A stretch of 64,000 bases of DNA. Source: Candidatus Adlerbacteria bacterium. GTDB lineage: Bacteria; Patescibacteriota; Minisyncoccia; Phycocordibacterales; SBAW01. The DNA lies in NCBI GenBank assembly GCA_037135035.1, contig JBAXLB010000002.1:71680-135679 (forward strand). Reading direction: 5' to 3'. Position 1 is the stretch's first letter. Every line of letters starts with the position of its first letter. The notes below the pieces were generated by a model that did not search any database, had not been told where the DNA came from, and saw nothing but the letters and a program-made list of their open reading frames with translations. Shown here piece after piece: positions 50,418 through 60,471 of this stretch. The position numbers were made by a program, and so were the translations under genes.

Positions 50418-52028
50418 ATGGTCCGGAATGATATTGAACAGGCAATACAAGGCGCACTGAAGGCTATGGGAGCCGGGGAAGTAGCTTTTGTGGTGGAGCG
50501 CCCTACTGACATGGCGCATGGCGACTATGCCACCAATGCAGCACTCGCGGCTGCTAAAATTTTAAAAAAGAATCCACGCGATGTCGCAGCAGAGCTGCAA
50601 GAAGCAGTAGGAAATATACAAGGTGTAGAAAAAGTAGAAGTTGCTGGCGCAGGTTTTATAAATTTTTATCTTTCAGCCGATGCACTTACTGAAGTTGTAC
50701 AGGAAGCGAACAAGGAAGGGTGGGGTACCAATGATTTGTATATAGGTAAAAAAGTATTGGTGGAATACACGAGCCCAAATTTATTTAAACCCCTGCATAT
50801 TGGAAATTTAATTGGTAATATTTTAGGAGAAAGCATCGCACGCTTATTCGAGACAAGCGGCGCAGATGTTAAGCGGCTAAACTATCCGTCTGATATTGGT
50901 CTTACTATTGCGAAAGGCGTATGGGGCCTACAAAAATTAGGTTTAAATCCTGAGATATTAAGCGAATTAGCAACAGCCTACGTTGCGGGAAATGAGGCAT
51001 ATGAAAGTGGAGTAGGAAAAGAAGCAATTGAAGAAATAAACCGTGCACTCTATGCAGATACAAACGCAGAATGGAGCTCACTACGTGCGCAGGGTATCGC
51101 GACATCTCTTAAACATTTGCATGAGTTGCTGGTACGGCTTGGTACAAAGGGTTTTGACGGAGAATTTTTTGAAAGCCAGTCGGGCCCGATTGGGCAGAAG
51201 TTAGTGAAAGAAAACGTTGGTGGTGTATTTGCCGAAAGCGAAGGAGCGATTGTGTACCACGGCGAACATACACGTGTGTTTTTGAATTCGCAAGGGCTGC
51301 CAACATATGAAGCAAAAGAAGTCGGGCTTTTTGAGTTGAAGTCGGGAGCCTATCCGACGTTTGATATTTCCATCACGGTAACAGGTAAAGAACAGACTGA
51401 TTTCTTTAGAATAGTATTTGACGCAATACGAAAACTTTTTCCGGGTAAGACGAATGGAAAAGATTTGATCCATATCCCAACAAGTTTTTTGAAATTGACT
51501 ACAGGCAAGATGTCGTCGCGGTTAGGTAATGTCATTACGGGGGAGTCGCTGCTCGCGGATTTAACCGATGCTGCTCGTGGTCGCGAAGATGTTGCTGTCG
51601 GGGCTTTAAAATTTACTGTGCTTAAAAGTGGAAGCGGTAAAGATATTTTATTTGATCCTGAAAAATCGCTGTCGCTCGAAGGTGACTCGGGTCCGTATGT
51701 GCAGTATGCACTTGTACGTGCTCGCGCACTTTTGCGGAAAGCCACTGAAGCGGAAGTGGTGCAAAAAGAAACTGAACCCAGTGAACTTGAGCGCTTGCTC
51801 GTACATTTCCCTGACGTAGTTGTGCGTGCGGCGCGGGACTTGGAGCCTCATCATGTGGTGACATATGTGACAGAGCTTGCCGCTGCGTTTAACAGTTGGT
51901 ACGCACAAGAGCGTTTGATAGTCGACGGAAAAGTCTCTGCCCACGCACTGGCGCTTGTTACTGCTGTTGAACACACGCTCCACAAAGGCCTGACTGTTTT
52001 GGGCATACCGGCACCCGAGGAAATGTAG
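50418..52028 (+). CDS. argS: Arginine--tRNA ligase
   Basis: HGDYATNAA, GAGFINF, EYTSPNLFKPLHIG, KMSSRLG, GDSGPYVQY, LGIPAPEEM. Confidence 0.96.
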   Translation: MVRNDIEQAIQGALKAMGAGEVAFVVERPTDMAHGDYATNAALAAAKILKKNPRDVAAELQEAVGNIQGVEKVEVAGAGFINFYLSADALTEVVQEANKEGWGTNDLYIGKKVLVEYTSPNLFKPLHIGNLIGNILGESIARLFETSGADVKRLNYPSDIGLTIAKGVWGLQKLGLNPEILSELATAYVAGNEAYESGVGKEAIEEINRALYADTNAEWSSLRAQGIATSLKHLHELLVRLGTKGFDGEFFESQSGPIGQKLVKENVGGVFAESEGAIVYHGEHTRVFLNSQGLPTYEAKEVGLFELKSGAYPTFDISITVTGKEQTDFFRIVFDAIRKLFPGKTNGKDLIHIPTSFLKLTTGKMSSRLGNVITGESLLADLTDAARGREDVAVGALKFTVLKSGSGKDILFDPEKSLSLEGDSGPYVQYALVRARALLRKATEAEVVQKETEPSELERLLVHFPDVVVRAARDLEPHHVVTYVTELAAAFNSWYAQERLIVDGKVSAHALALVTAVEHTLHKGLTVLGIPAPEEM

Positions 52029-52067
52029 GGACGGGCAAAAATAGCCCTACAGTGCTATATTTTTGAT

Positions 52068-55000
52068 ATGGATGATTTGAAGCAGGGCGGGGAAGAGCTG
52101 CACCCAGAAGCGGTGCATAAACCAAAAAGTACTTTTGCCGTACGGGAGGAAAAGACTCTCGCGTTTTGGGAAGCACAGGACATATTTAAAAAATCGCTCG
52201 AGAAGCATGCGCCTAAGGGCGAGTTTGTTTTCTACGATGGTCCGCCGTTTGCAAACGGCTTACCTCACTATGGGCACTTGCTCCAAAGCACAATAAAAGA
52301 CGCCATACCTCGCTACCGCACGATGCGGGGGTACCGTGTGCCGCGCCGCTGGGGATGGGACTGCCACGGTCTACCGGTTGAAAACTTGGTAGAAAAAGAA
52401 TTGGGGTTTAAGTCTAAGCGCGACATTGAAGAGTTTGGCATTGCAAATTTCAACAAAGCTGCTCGAACAAGCATCATGAAAGATGTTGCGGACTGGAAAC
52501 GAATTATCCCACGCATCGGACGCTGGGCTGACATGGAGAACGACTACAAGACGATGGACTCGACCTATACCGAGTCTGTCTGGTGGGCGTTTAAAAATTT
52601 GCACAGTCGCGGACTTATTTACGAGGGCTTCAAGGGCATGCATTTTTGTCCTCGTTGTGGAACGACGCTTTCCAACAACGAAGTGGCCCAAGGCTACATG
52701 GACATTGAAGACATTGCGGTCACAGTAAAATTTCCACTTGTAGACGAACCGGAAACATCCATACTTATTTGGACCACCACTCCCTGGACCTTGCCGGGCA
52801 ACACTGCAGCTGCAGTAAACGCCGACGCTGTATATGTAAAAGTCCGCACAGACGAAGGCTTTGTTGTTGTTGCGAAAGAGCTTATGACAAAAGTGCTTGG
52901 CGAAGATGCAAAAATATTTGCCGAGATACTTGGAAAAGACCTGGTAGGTAAACGATACAAACCGCCATTTAGTTATTTCGAACATACGCTCCATAAACAT
53001 AAAAGCCACGCGTATAAAATATACGCCGCACCGTATGTGACGCTTGAAGACGGCACGGGCATTGTCCACCTTGCACCTGCCTACGGCGCAGAAGACTTGA
53101 TCTTTGCCCAGAAAGAAAAAATTCCGCTTATCCAACACGTCACTGACGAAGGTAAATTTATCGCAACGGTCACCGACTTTGTAGGGCTCTCGGTCAAACC
53201 AAAAGGTCGCCATATGGAAACGGATGCAAAGATTGTAGAGAACCTGCACGCCCGTGGGTTGCTTTTCCATCAGGAAAAAATAACTCACTCATACCCGCAC
53301 TGCTGGCGCTGCGACACACCGCTCCTCAACTGGGCTGCAAATTCCTGGTTTGTAAGTGTTTCAAAAATAAAACCAAAATTGTTGGCACAAAATAAAAAAG
53401 TTTCTTGGGTGCCGAAAAGCACGGGAGAAGGGCGTTTCCAAAAAGGTCTTGAAAGTGCGCCTGACTGGGCAATTTCCCGCAGCCGTTACTGGGGCGCACC
53501 GCTACCAGTTTGGCGCCACAGCAAAACCAAAGAATTGAAAGTGATGGGCTCTGTTGAAGAGCTGTTACAGGTTGTGCGCCGCTCAGGTAACAAATATTTT
53601 GTAATGCGCCACGGCGAAGCACAGTCAAACGTCGACAATGTGGAAGATATCGAAGGTGACCCAAATAACCACCTCACCAAGAAAGGTAAGGCACAGGTGT
53701 TGTCTGCTGCACGAGCACTTGCTTCAAAAAAAATAGACATGATAGTTACGTCGCCTTTTGTGCGGACTAAAGAAACAGCGCACCTCTTGGCGAACGAGTT
53801 TGGCCTGCCTGAGTCTGCAGTTATGGTGGACACTCGTTTGGGAGAAGTAGCCCATGTAACACCTGAACTTTGTCGCAATGTAGGCGAATTTATTTTTGAA
53901 ATTGAGAGGCGTTACAGCGGCAAAAACATACTTGTAGTTTCGCACGGCGGCGCTATTTGGGCATTGCAGCAAGTAGTTGGGCGCCAACCGACGACAGGTT
54001 TTTACCGCACAGCTATGCTCGGTAATGCAGAGTGCGCAGAACTACCGTTTGTGCCGTTCCCACATAACGAACAGTACGAACTTGACCTGCACCGGCCGTT
54101 TATTGACGACATCCTGCTTGGGGACTCTTTGGCGGGGGAGTGGAAGCGTGCCCCCGATGTGTTTGATTGTTGGTTTGAGTCGGGTTCGATGCCGTACGGG
54201 TCTAACCACTATCCGTTTCAAAAAAACAATTTCAATCCGAAAAAAATGTTTGGATTGATGCCAAAGGGATACCCAGCCGACTTTATTGCAGAAGCTGTTG
54301 ACCAGACACGTGGCTGGTTCTACTCGCTTATTGTGCTCGGGACGGCGCTCTTTGGGAGGTCGCCATACAAAAATGTTATTACGACAGGGCTCATTAATGC
54401 GAGCGACGGTAAGAAGATGAGTAAACGATTGAAAAATTATCCTGACCCGCTTGATCTTATCGACAAATACGGAGTTGACTCGCTCCGCTATTACATACTG
54501 TCGTCACAACTTGTCCGCGGTGAAGACCTGAGTTTTAAAGAACAAGGGGTTGAAGAAGTTTCAAAAAAACTCCTGATGCGTTTGGACAACGTCGTGTCGT
54601 TCTATGAACTGTATGCAAACAGCACGACCCGCTCGAATGAAAGTACACACGCACTCGACCGGTGGATTTTGTCGCGGTTTGGGGAGTTGACCACACAAAC
54701 CACTGCAGGGTTTGAAAGTTATGAGCTTGATGCGGCGACACGCCCGCTCGCATTGTTTATCGACGACCTCTCTACGTGGTACCTGCGCCGTTCTCGTGAC
54801 CGTTTTAAAACAGATGGGGAAGGGAAGGTGCAGGCGCTCGCTACATTGCGCTTTGTGTTACACACGCTTGCACACACTATGGCGCCCGTGATGCCGTTTT
54901 TTGCCGACGAGTTGTTTGGCCGTATGAAGGAAGAAGGTGACCCAGAGAGTGTCCATTTGTCGGGTTGGCCTGCCGCAGAAAAAGTAGATACAGCGCTGCT

Positions 55001-55418
55001 TGCCGACATGGTCCGCGTGCGCGAGGTGGCGTCGAAGGGGTTGGAGTTGCGCGAGTCTGCGGGTATAAAAATTCGCCAGCCTCTTGCTGCGCTTGTGGCA
55101 AAACAACTTCCCAACGACGACGGCCTACGCGCACTTATTAAAGACGAATTAAATGTAAAAAAAGTAGTAGAAGATGTCGCACAAGTAAACGATGTTTCGC
55201 TCGACACAGAACTGACTCCAGAATTAAAGGAGGAGGGTGTCGTACGCGACTTGGCGCGCCGCATACAAGAATGGCGCAAAGAGCAAAAACTAACTATTGC
55301 CGACAGGCCCGTCTGCACACTTCTAGTCTCTGCGGAAGAAAAAATAGTTGCTGAAAAAAATAAAACAGCTCTTATGGCCCAGACTGGCCTAGAGGACCTG
55401 CAGTTGGTGGTGAAGTAA
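52068..55418 (+). CDS. ileS: Isoleucine--tRNA ligase (type 2) with inserted histidine-phosphatase domain
   Basis: YDGPPFANGLPHYGH, GWDCHG, WTTTPWTLP, GTGIVH, DWAISRSRYWG, DQTRGWF, KMSKR. Insert at ~53592-54045 with RHGE. Confidence 0.95.
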   Translation: MDDLKQGGEELHPEAVHKPKSTFAVREEKTLAFWEAQDIFKKSLEKHAPKGEFVFYDGPPFANGLPHYGHLLQSTIKDAIPRYRTMRGYRVPRRWGWDCHGLPVENLVEKELGFKSKRDIEEFGIANFNKAARTSIMKDVADWKRIIPRIGRWADMENDYKTMDSTYTESVWWAFKNLHSRGLIYEGFKGMHFCPRCGTTLSNNEVAQGYMDIEDIAVTVKFPLVDEPETSILIWTTTPWTLPGNTAAAVNADAVYVKVRTDEGFVVVAKELMTKVLGEDAKIFAEILGKDLVGKRYKPPFSYFEHTLHKHKSHAYKIYAAPYVTLEDGTGIVHLAPAYGAEDLIFAQKEKIPLIQHVTDEGKFIATVTDFVGLSVKPKGRHMETDAKIVENLHARGLLFHQEKITHSYPHCWRCDTPLLNWAANSWFVSVSKIKPKLLAQNKKVSWVPKSTGEGRFQKGLESAPDWAISRSRYWGAPLPVWRHSKTKELKVMGSVEELLQVVRRSGNKYFVMRHGEAQSNVDNVEDIEGDPNNHLTKKGKAQVLSAARALASKKIDMIVTSPFVRTKETAHLLANEFGLPESAVMVDTRLGEVAHVTPELCRNVGEFIFEIERRYSGKNILVVSHGGAIWALQQVVGRQPTTGFYRTAMLGNAECAELPFVPFPHNEQYELDLHRPFIDDILLGDSLAGEWKRAPDVFDCWFESGSMPYGSNHYPFQKNNFNPKKMFGLMPKGYPADFIAEAVDQTRGWFYSLIVLGTALFGRSPYKNVITTGLINASDGKKMSKRLKNYPDPLDLIDKYGVDSLRYYILSSQLVRGEDLSFKEQGVEEVSKKLLMRLDNVVSFYELYANSTTRSNESTHALDRWILSRFGELTTQTTAGFESYELDAATRPLALFIDDLSTWYLRRSRDRFKTDGEGKVQALATLRFVLHTLAHTMAPVMPFFADELFGRMKEEGDPESVHLSGWPAAEKVDTALLADMVRVREVASKGLELRESAGIKIRQPLAALVAKQLPNDDGLRALIKDELNVKKVVEDVAQVNDVSLDTELTPELKEEGVVRDLARRIQEWRKEQKLTIADRPVCTLLVSAEEKIVAEKNKTALMAQTGLEDLQLVVK

Positions 55419-55419
55419 G

Positions 55420-56001
55420 ATGCATACCATTGTCGCAACAGACGGCATAGTGCTTGGGAAGCGTGGTATTGGTGAGGCCAATACGAGTATCTTTCTCCTA
55501 ACAAAAGACGTGGGGTTGGTGCGTGCGTCGGCTCGTTCCGCCCGTGTTGAACATTCGAAGTTGCGTTACGGGCTCGAGCCCCTGACACAGGGCAGGTTTG
55601 CCATGTTGCGCGGTCGCTATGAATGGAAGTTAACTGGTGTCGAGCACTTGTCGCGCGCGTATTTTGGACAGACGCTTTTACAGCGTCGGGCGGCGGGTCG
55701 TGTTGCGCGTTTGCTCCTGCGGCTTATTAACGGGGAAGAGCCAGTGCCAGAATTGTATACAACTGTGCGTGGAGGGTTTGCGTATATGGCGGGAGGTTTG
55801 GATGAGGCAGAAATTGAGAATGCAGAATGCGTACTTGTACTGCGCGTACTTTCGCATTTGGGATATTTGGAACAGACTGAAATAAGTATGCCGTTTGTGG
55901 CAAACAACGAATTTTCTCCTACGGTAACTACAGAAGCGCGGGCGCTCCGCCCGGCGCTTATACGCGTTATTAATGAGTCGCTCGGGGCCAGCGGACTGTA
56001 G
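55420..56001 (+). CDS. recO: DNA repair protein RecO (short)
   Basis: TDGIVL..GEAN..LTKDVG..ARSAR..SKLRYGLEP, EEPVPELY, LSHLGY. Confidence 0.8.
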   Translation: MHTIVATDGIVLGKRGIGEANTSIFLLTKDVGLVRASARSARVEHSKLRYGLEPLTQGRFAMLRGRYEWKLTGVEHLSRAYFGQTLLQRRAAGRVARLLLRLINGEEPVPELYTTVRGGFAYMAGGLDEAEIENAECVLVLRVLSHLGYLEQTEISMPFVANNEFSPTVTTEARALRPALIRVINESLGASGL

Positions 56002-56020
56002 GGTATTGTATACTTCTGGA

Positions 56021-57967
56021 ATGGCGGCCGAAAAAAAAGACTCCATCGACGGCCTTAAGACCGCGCTCTATTCAAGGAAAGACGCGCCTACTGTGGACAC
56101 GGCAGAACGTACACCTTTGACGTTTAGTGACGTCCATACAGCCTCTCATTGGACTGAACCTGTTGAAACTCCCACCCACGCACCTGCCCAAACATACACA
56201 TTGACCCCACGTATAAAAAAACCAGGCATGTCGTTTACGACAAAATTCTTCATCGGCTCGGTTGTATTTTTTTGTGTTGCCGCCGCCGCTGCTGCATACA
56301 TGTTGTTTGTCGGCGGAGGGAGTATTTCGCCGCAAAATATTGACCTGCAAGTAGTGATGCCGTCGGTTGTTGACGGTGGTAAGGCAACGACACTACAAGT
56401 ACTCATTAACAATCGCAACCAAGCAAACCTAAAACTAGTCGACCTTATTATTAACTACCCCGTAGGTACACGTGACCCTCTCGCACCTTCGCAAGGACTG
56501 ACACACGACAGGGTGTCTATTGGTTCCATAGCTGCGGGTCAGCAATTAACCCGCACTGCGCAAGCAATTTTTTACGGCCAGGAAGGGACGCCGCAGGACG
56601 TAACTATAAGCCTCCAGTACAATATCGAAGGGTCTAATGCCGTGTTTGAAAAAGAGGCTTCCACGCATTTTACGGTGGGCTCGTCGCCGATTTCTATTAA
56701 CGTGTCGGCGCCAAGCGAGGCAATTGCCGGCCAGCAATTTGCTATGGACCTAACGGTGCAGAGCAATGCACTTACTCCGGTTAGTGATGTGGTAATCCAG
56801 GCACAGTACCCATTTGGATTTACACTTGCAAAAGCGGCTCCTGCTCCGGTCGCCGGGGGAACGGTGTGGCGGTTGGGGACTATGTCGCCGGGAGTGTCTA
56901 AAACGATACACATTGTGGGGACTATAGACGGCCAAGACGGCGACGCCCGAGTTTTTTACTTTTTAGGTGGCTCCGATTCTGACCAAACCGACACGCAGAT
57001 AAAAGTTCCGTTCCTCTCGGTGCCGCAAACCCTTACGGTGCGGCGCGCATTTATCAGCGCAGACATTGCGGTTAACGGCAAAACAAATAAAACTATTGCG
57101 GTTACACCAGGAGGCTTAATGCAAGGAATTATCACCTGGACAAACAATTTACCCGACTCTGTTTCCAATGTTGAGGCAACACTGTCGTTGTCGGGGCCAA
57201 TGCTCGACACAGGTTCGGTCCTTTCCCAAAACGGTTTTTATCAGTCGGCTAATTCCACTATTACGTGGTCAAAAGACCAAGAGGCTGCATTGGCGTCGGT
57301 GCCGCCCGGAGGCACTGGTACATTGACGTTTACTTTTACCACCCTCCCAACGGCAACCGGAGGCACCCTCTATTCGAACCCGACCATCGACCTCGCACTT
57401 AAAATAAAAGGAGTGAGGCAGGGCCAAGACAACGTGCCGCAAACGGTGTCTTCTGCGGCAACAACTCAGCTGCTTGTGTCGTCTATAGTTGCCCTCACTG
57501 CCAAAGCGCTGCATTTTAGCGGCTCGCTGCAAAATGTGGGGCCTATGCCGCCAGTTGCCGACCAACGCACGTCGTACACTGTCGCCTGGACGGTCACGAA
57601 TTCTTCAAATACTATTGCAAACGGAGTTGTCTCGGCAACGCTGCCGCCGTACGTTACGTTTATCGCGGCACCTGCAGGGAGTGGTGTTACCTACGACGGG
57701 CCAAGCCGTACGGTGACGTGGGCTCTTGGTGACATTAAAGCGGGGGCGGGGTATTCTGCACCTACTCGCACCGTACAGTTCCAAGTAGGGCTTTCTGCCA
57801 GCTTGTCTCAAGTAGGGCAGTCCCCAGCACTAACAAGCGGAGCGACCCTTTCGGGCCAAGACCGGTTTGCGCAGATTGGTGTGCAAGTAACTGCCGAGGC
57901 GCCGACCACTGCGCTGCAAGAAGCTGGGTTTAGCGAAGGGATGGGGGTGGTCGCTCCAAAACAATAA
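56021..57967 (+). CDS. Membrane-anchored multi-Ig-like (DUF11-like) surface protein
   Basis: Single TM followed by repeated Thr/Ser/Val-rich beta-sandwich segments (VWRLG, ITWSK, VTWALG). Confidence 0.85.
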   Translation: MAAEKKDSIDGLKTALYSRKDAPTVDTAERTPLTFSDVHTASHWTEPVETPTHAPAQTYTLTPRIKKPGMSFTTKFFIGSVVFFCVAAAAAAYMLFVGGGSISPQNIDLQVVMPSVVDGGKATTLQVLINNRNQANLKLVDLIINYPVGTRDPLAPSQGLTHDRVSIGSIAAGQQLTRTAQAIFYGQEGTPQDVTISLQYNIEGSNAVFEKEASTHFTVGSSPISINVSAPSEAIAGQQFAMDLTVQSNALTPVSDVVIQAQYPFGFTLAKAAPAPVAGGTVWRLGTMSPGVSKTIHIVGTIDGQDGDARVFYFLGGSDSDQTDTQIKVPFLSVPQTLTVRRAFISADIAVNGKTNKTIAVTPGGLMQGIITWTNNLPDSVSNVEATLSLSGPMLDTGSVLSQNGFYQSANSTITWSKDQEAALASVPPGGTGTLTFTFTTLPTATGGTLYSNPTIDLALKIKGVRQGQDNVPQTVSSAATTQLLVSSIVALTAKALHFSGSLQNVGPMPPVADQRTSYTVAWTVTNSSNTIANGVVSATLPPYVTFIAAPAGSGVTYDGPSRTVTWALGDIKAGAGYSAPTRTVQFQVGLSASLSQVGQSPALTSGATLSGQDRFAQIGVQVTAEAPTTALQEAGFSEGMGVVAPKQ

Positions 57968-57972
57968 TTTTT

Positions 57973-59355
57973 ATGTCAGACAAAGAACAAAACCTAATGG
58001 AAAAAATAGTTTCGCTGTGCAAGCGGCGGAGCTTTGTTTTTCCTGCGAGCGAAATCTACGGAGGCCTCGCTGGTTTTTGGGACTACGGAGCGTTCGGTGT
58101 AGAGCTTGCCAACAATCTAAAACAGCTGTGGTGGAAAAAAGTTGTGCAGGAACAAGACAACATCTTTGGTATCGACGGTGCAATTATTCAGAACCCGAAA
58201 CTCTGGGAGGCGAGCGGACATGTTGCTGGGTTCACTGACCCGTTGGTTGACTGTAAAAATTGTGGTTCGCGTTTGCGTGCCGACCATTTAGCGGATACTG
58301 ACTCGTCGGATATTGCGGAATTGACAGAACTTTTGAAAGACACGCCGTGCCCGGTGTGTGGTAAAAAAGCACTCACGGCTCCGCGGAAATACAACATGAT
58401 GATGAAAACCTGGGTTGGGCCCGTGGAAGACGACTCGGCTATTGCGTACTTGCGGCCGGAAACTGCAGGTTCTATCTTTGTAAATTACAAAAATATTTTT
58501 GACACGACGTCTGCAAAAGTGCCGTTTGGTATCGCACAAATAGGTAAAGCATTTCGAAATGAAATAAGCCCACGCGACTTTATTTTCCGTGTGCGCGAGC
58601 TTGAACAGATGGAGATGCAGTATTTTATCAAGCCAGACATGCAGCAGGAAGTGTACGAACACTGGAGAAAGTTTGCGTGGGAATTTTTAACCGAGACACT
58701 CGACATCAGTGAAAGTAATTTACAGTGGCATGAACATGCAGAAAATGAACGTGCACACTACGCGGCAGCTGCACATGATATTTATTTTAAATTCCCACAA
58801 GGTTTTAAAGAGCTGTGGGGCACGCACAACAGGACAGACTTTGACTTGAAAGCGCACGCGGCACACAGCGGGCAAGACCTTTCGTATTTTGAAGAAAGCA
58901 CCGGGGAGCGTTTTACTCCGTACGTTATAGAATCTTCGGTCGGTGTGGGGCGTATGTTTTTGGCAGTCCTTACAGATGCCTATACTGAAGATGAGCTTGG
59001 GGGAGAGACACGTGTGTACCTGAAACTTAAACCATCAGTTGCGCCTGTTAAAGCGGCCGTGTTTCCACTGCTTAAAAACAAGCCGGAGTTGGTAGAAAAA
59101 GCACGCGAAATTTACCTTGCACTTAAAAAGCAGGTGCCGCAAATTGTCTGGGACGACAACGGCAATATCGGTAAACGTTATCGCCGCCAGGACGAAATTG
59201 GTACCCCGTGGTGCATTACTGTCGACTTTGACACATTGGGAGAAAAACCAGAACTTAAAGACACTGTTACCTTGCGCCACCGCGACACGGGCGAGCAAGA
59301 GCGTATTGCTATTGCAGACGTAGCCGATTTTATAAAAACACGCATCGCCGCGTAA
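57973..59355 (+). CDS. glyQS: Glycine--tRNA ligase (alpha2 type)
   Basis: SEIYGGLAGFWDYG, YLRPETA, FRNEISPR, YRRQDEIGTP. Confidence 0.96.
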   Translation: MSDKEQNLMEKIVSLCKRRSFVFPASEIYGGLAGFWDYGAFGVELANNLKQLWWKKVVQEQDNIFGIDGAIIQNPKLWEASGHVAGFTDPLVDCKNCGSRLRADHLADTDSSDIAELTELLKDTPCPVCGKKALTAPRKYNMMMKTWVGPVEDDSAIAYLRPETAGSIFVNYKNIFDTTSAKVPFGIAQIGKAFRNEISPRDFIFRVRELEQMEMQYFIKPDMQQEVYEHWRKFAWEFLTETLDISESNLQWHEHAENERAHYAAAAHDIYFKFPQGFKELWGTHNRTDFDLKAHAAHSGQDLSYFEESTGERFTPYVIESSVGVGRMFLAVLTDAYTEDELGGETRVYLKLKPSVAPVKAAVFPLLKNKPELVEKAREIYLALKKQVPQIVWDDNGNIGKRYRRQDEIGTPWCITVDFDTLGEKPELKDTVTLRHRDTGEQERIAIADVADFIKTRIAA

Positions 59356-59385
59356 GTTAAAAACGAACTGTGCTATATTGGGCAC

Positions 59386-60462
59386 ATGACAGAGCGTGAT
59401 ATCAACGTCCATATCACATCGGGCAGCATTGTAAAAACGTTGCTATTTTTAGCGCTTGTTGCGGTGCTATGGTTTTTACGTGACATCGTACTTATTGTGC
59501 TCACTGCCGTGGTTATTGCTTCGGCGATAGAGCCGGGCGTGCACGGCCTGATGAAGCGTAAATTTCCGCGTTTGCTTTCGGTACTTACTATTTACCTGGT
59601 GGTGATAGGAACGTTTTTTGGCATACTCTTTTTCTTTATACCGCCTATTTTGAGTGACGCAGCAAACTTTCTTACCCAACTTCCAGCAACACTTTCTAAC
59701 CTAAATATTTCAGACGCGACCCACGGGCTCCTTCCCTGGGGGAATGTCAGCGACACGCTTTCCTCGGCAAATGTGTTGCAGAACCTTTCTACCTCGCTCC
59801 AAGATTCAACGGGAGGCGCGTTTAGTGCACTCTCGGCGTTCTTTGGCGGTGTGACGTCATTTATTTTAATAGTCGTGTTTTCATTTTATTTTTCTGTACA
59901 AGAAACGGGCGTCGACGACTTTTTGCGCGTTATCACCCCAATTAAAGAGCAGGCCTACGTTTTAAACCTGTGGCGCCGTTCGCAAGACAAAATAGGGAAG
60001 TGGATGCAGGGGCAGTTGGTGCTCGCGGTTATTGTGGGTGTACTTTTGTACCTGGGACTTTTGATCTTGGGCGTGCAGCACGCGCTACTGCTTGCCATGC
60101 TTGCCGCTGTGTTTGAACTTATTCCGGTATTCGGCCAAATTTTGGCGATGATCCCTGCAATTGCAATTGGGTTTACCACCGGCGGCGTAACCGAAGCGCT
60201 GCTTATTGCTGGCCTCTACACAATTGTCCAGCAGTTTGAAGCCCATTTGATTTACCCTGTGGTTGTAAAAAAGGTGGTGGGTGTGCCGCCGTTGCTGGTT
60301 ATCCTTTCGTTGCTTATTGGGTTTAAGCTTGTTGGCTTTTTGGGTGTGTTGCTTTCGGTCCCTATTGCCGGTGCTATACAGGAATACGTTGCCGACATCG
60401 ACCGCGAAAAAAAGCGCGCACTTGCCAAGCAGGGCCTTGCAGATGACGGCAGAGCCAAGTAA
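59386..60462 (+). CDS. AI-2E family transporter
   Basis: WMQGQL, ELIPVFG, QQFEAHLIYP, GVLLSVP. Confidence 0.9.
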   Translation: MTERDINVHITSGSIVKTLLFLALVAVLWFLRDIVLIVLTAVVIASAIEPGVHGLMKRKFPRLLSVLTIYLVVIGTFFGILFFFIPPILSDAANFLTQLPATLSNLNISDATHGLLPWGNVSDTLSSANVLQNLSTSLQDSTGGAFSALSAFFGGVTSFILIVVFSFYFSVQETGVDDFLRVITPIKEQAYVLNLWRRSQDKIGKWMQGQLVLAVIVGVLLYLGLLILGVQHALLLAMLAAVFELIPVFGQILAMIPAIAIGFTTGGVTEALLIAGLYTIVQQFEAHLIYPVVVKKVVGVPPLLVILSLLIGFKLVGFLGVLLSVPIAGAIQEYVADIDREKKRALAKQGLADDGRAK

Positions 60463-60471
60463 GTTTGATAC

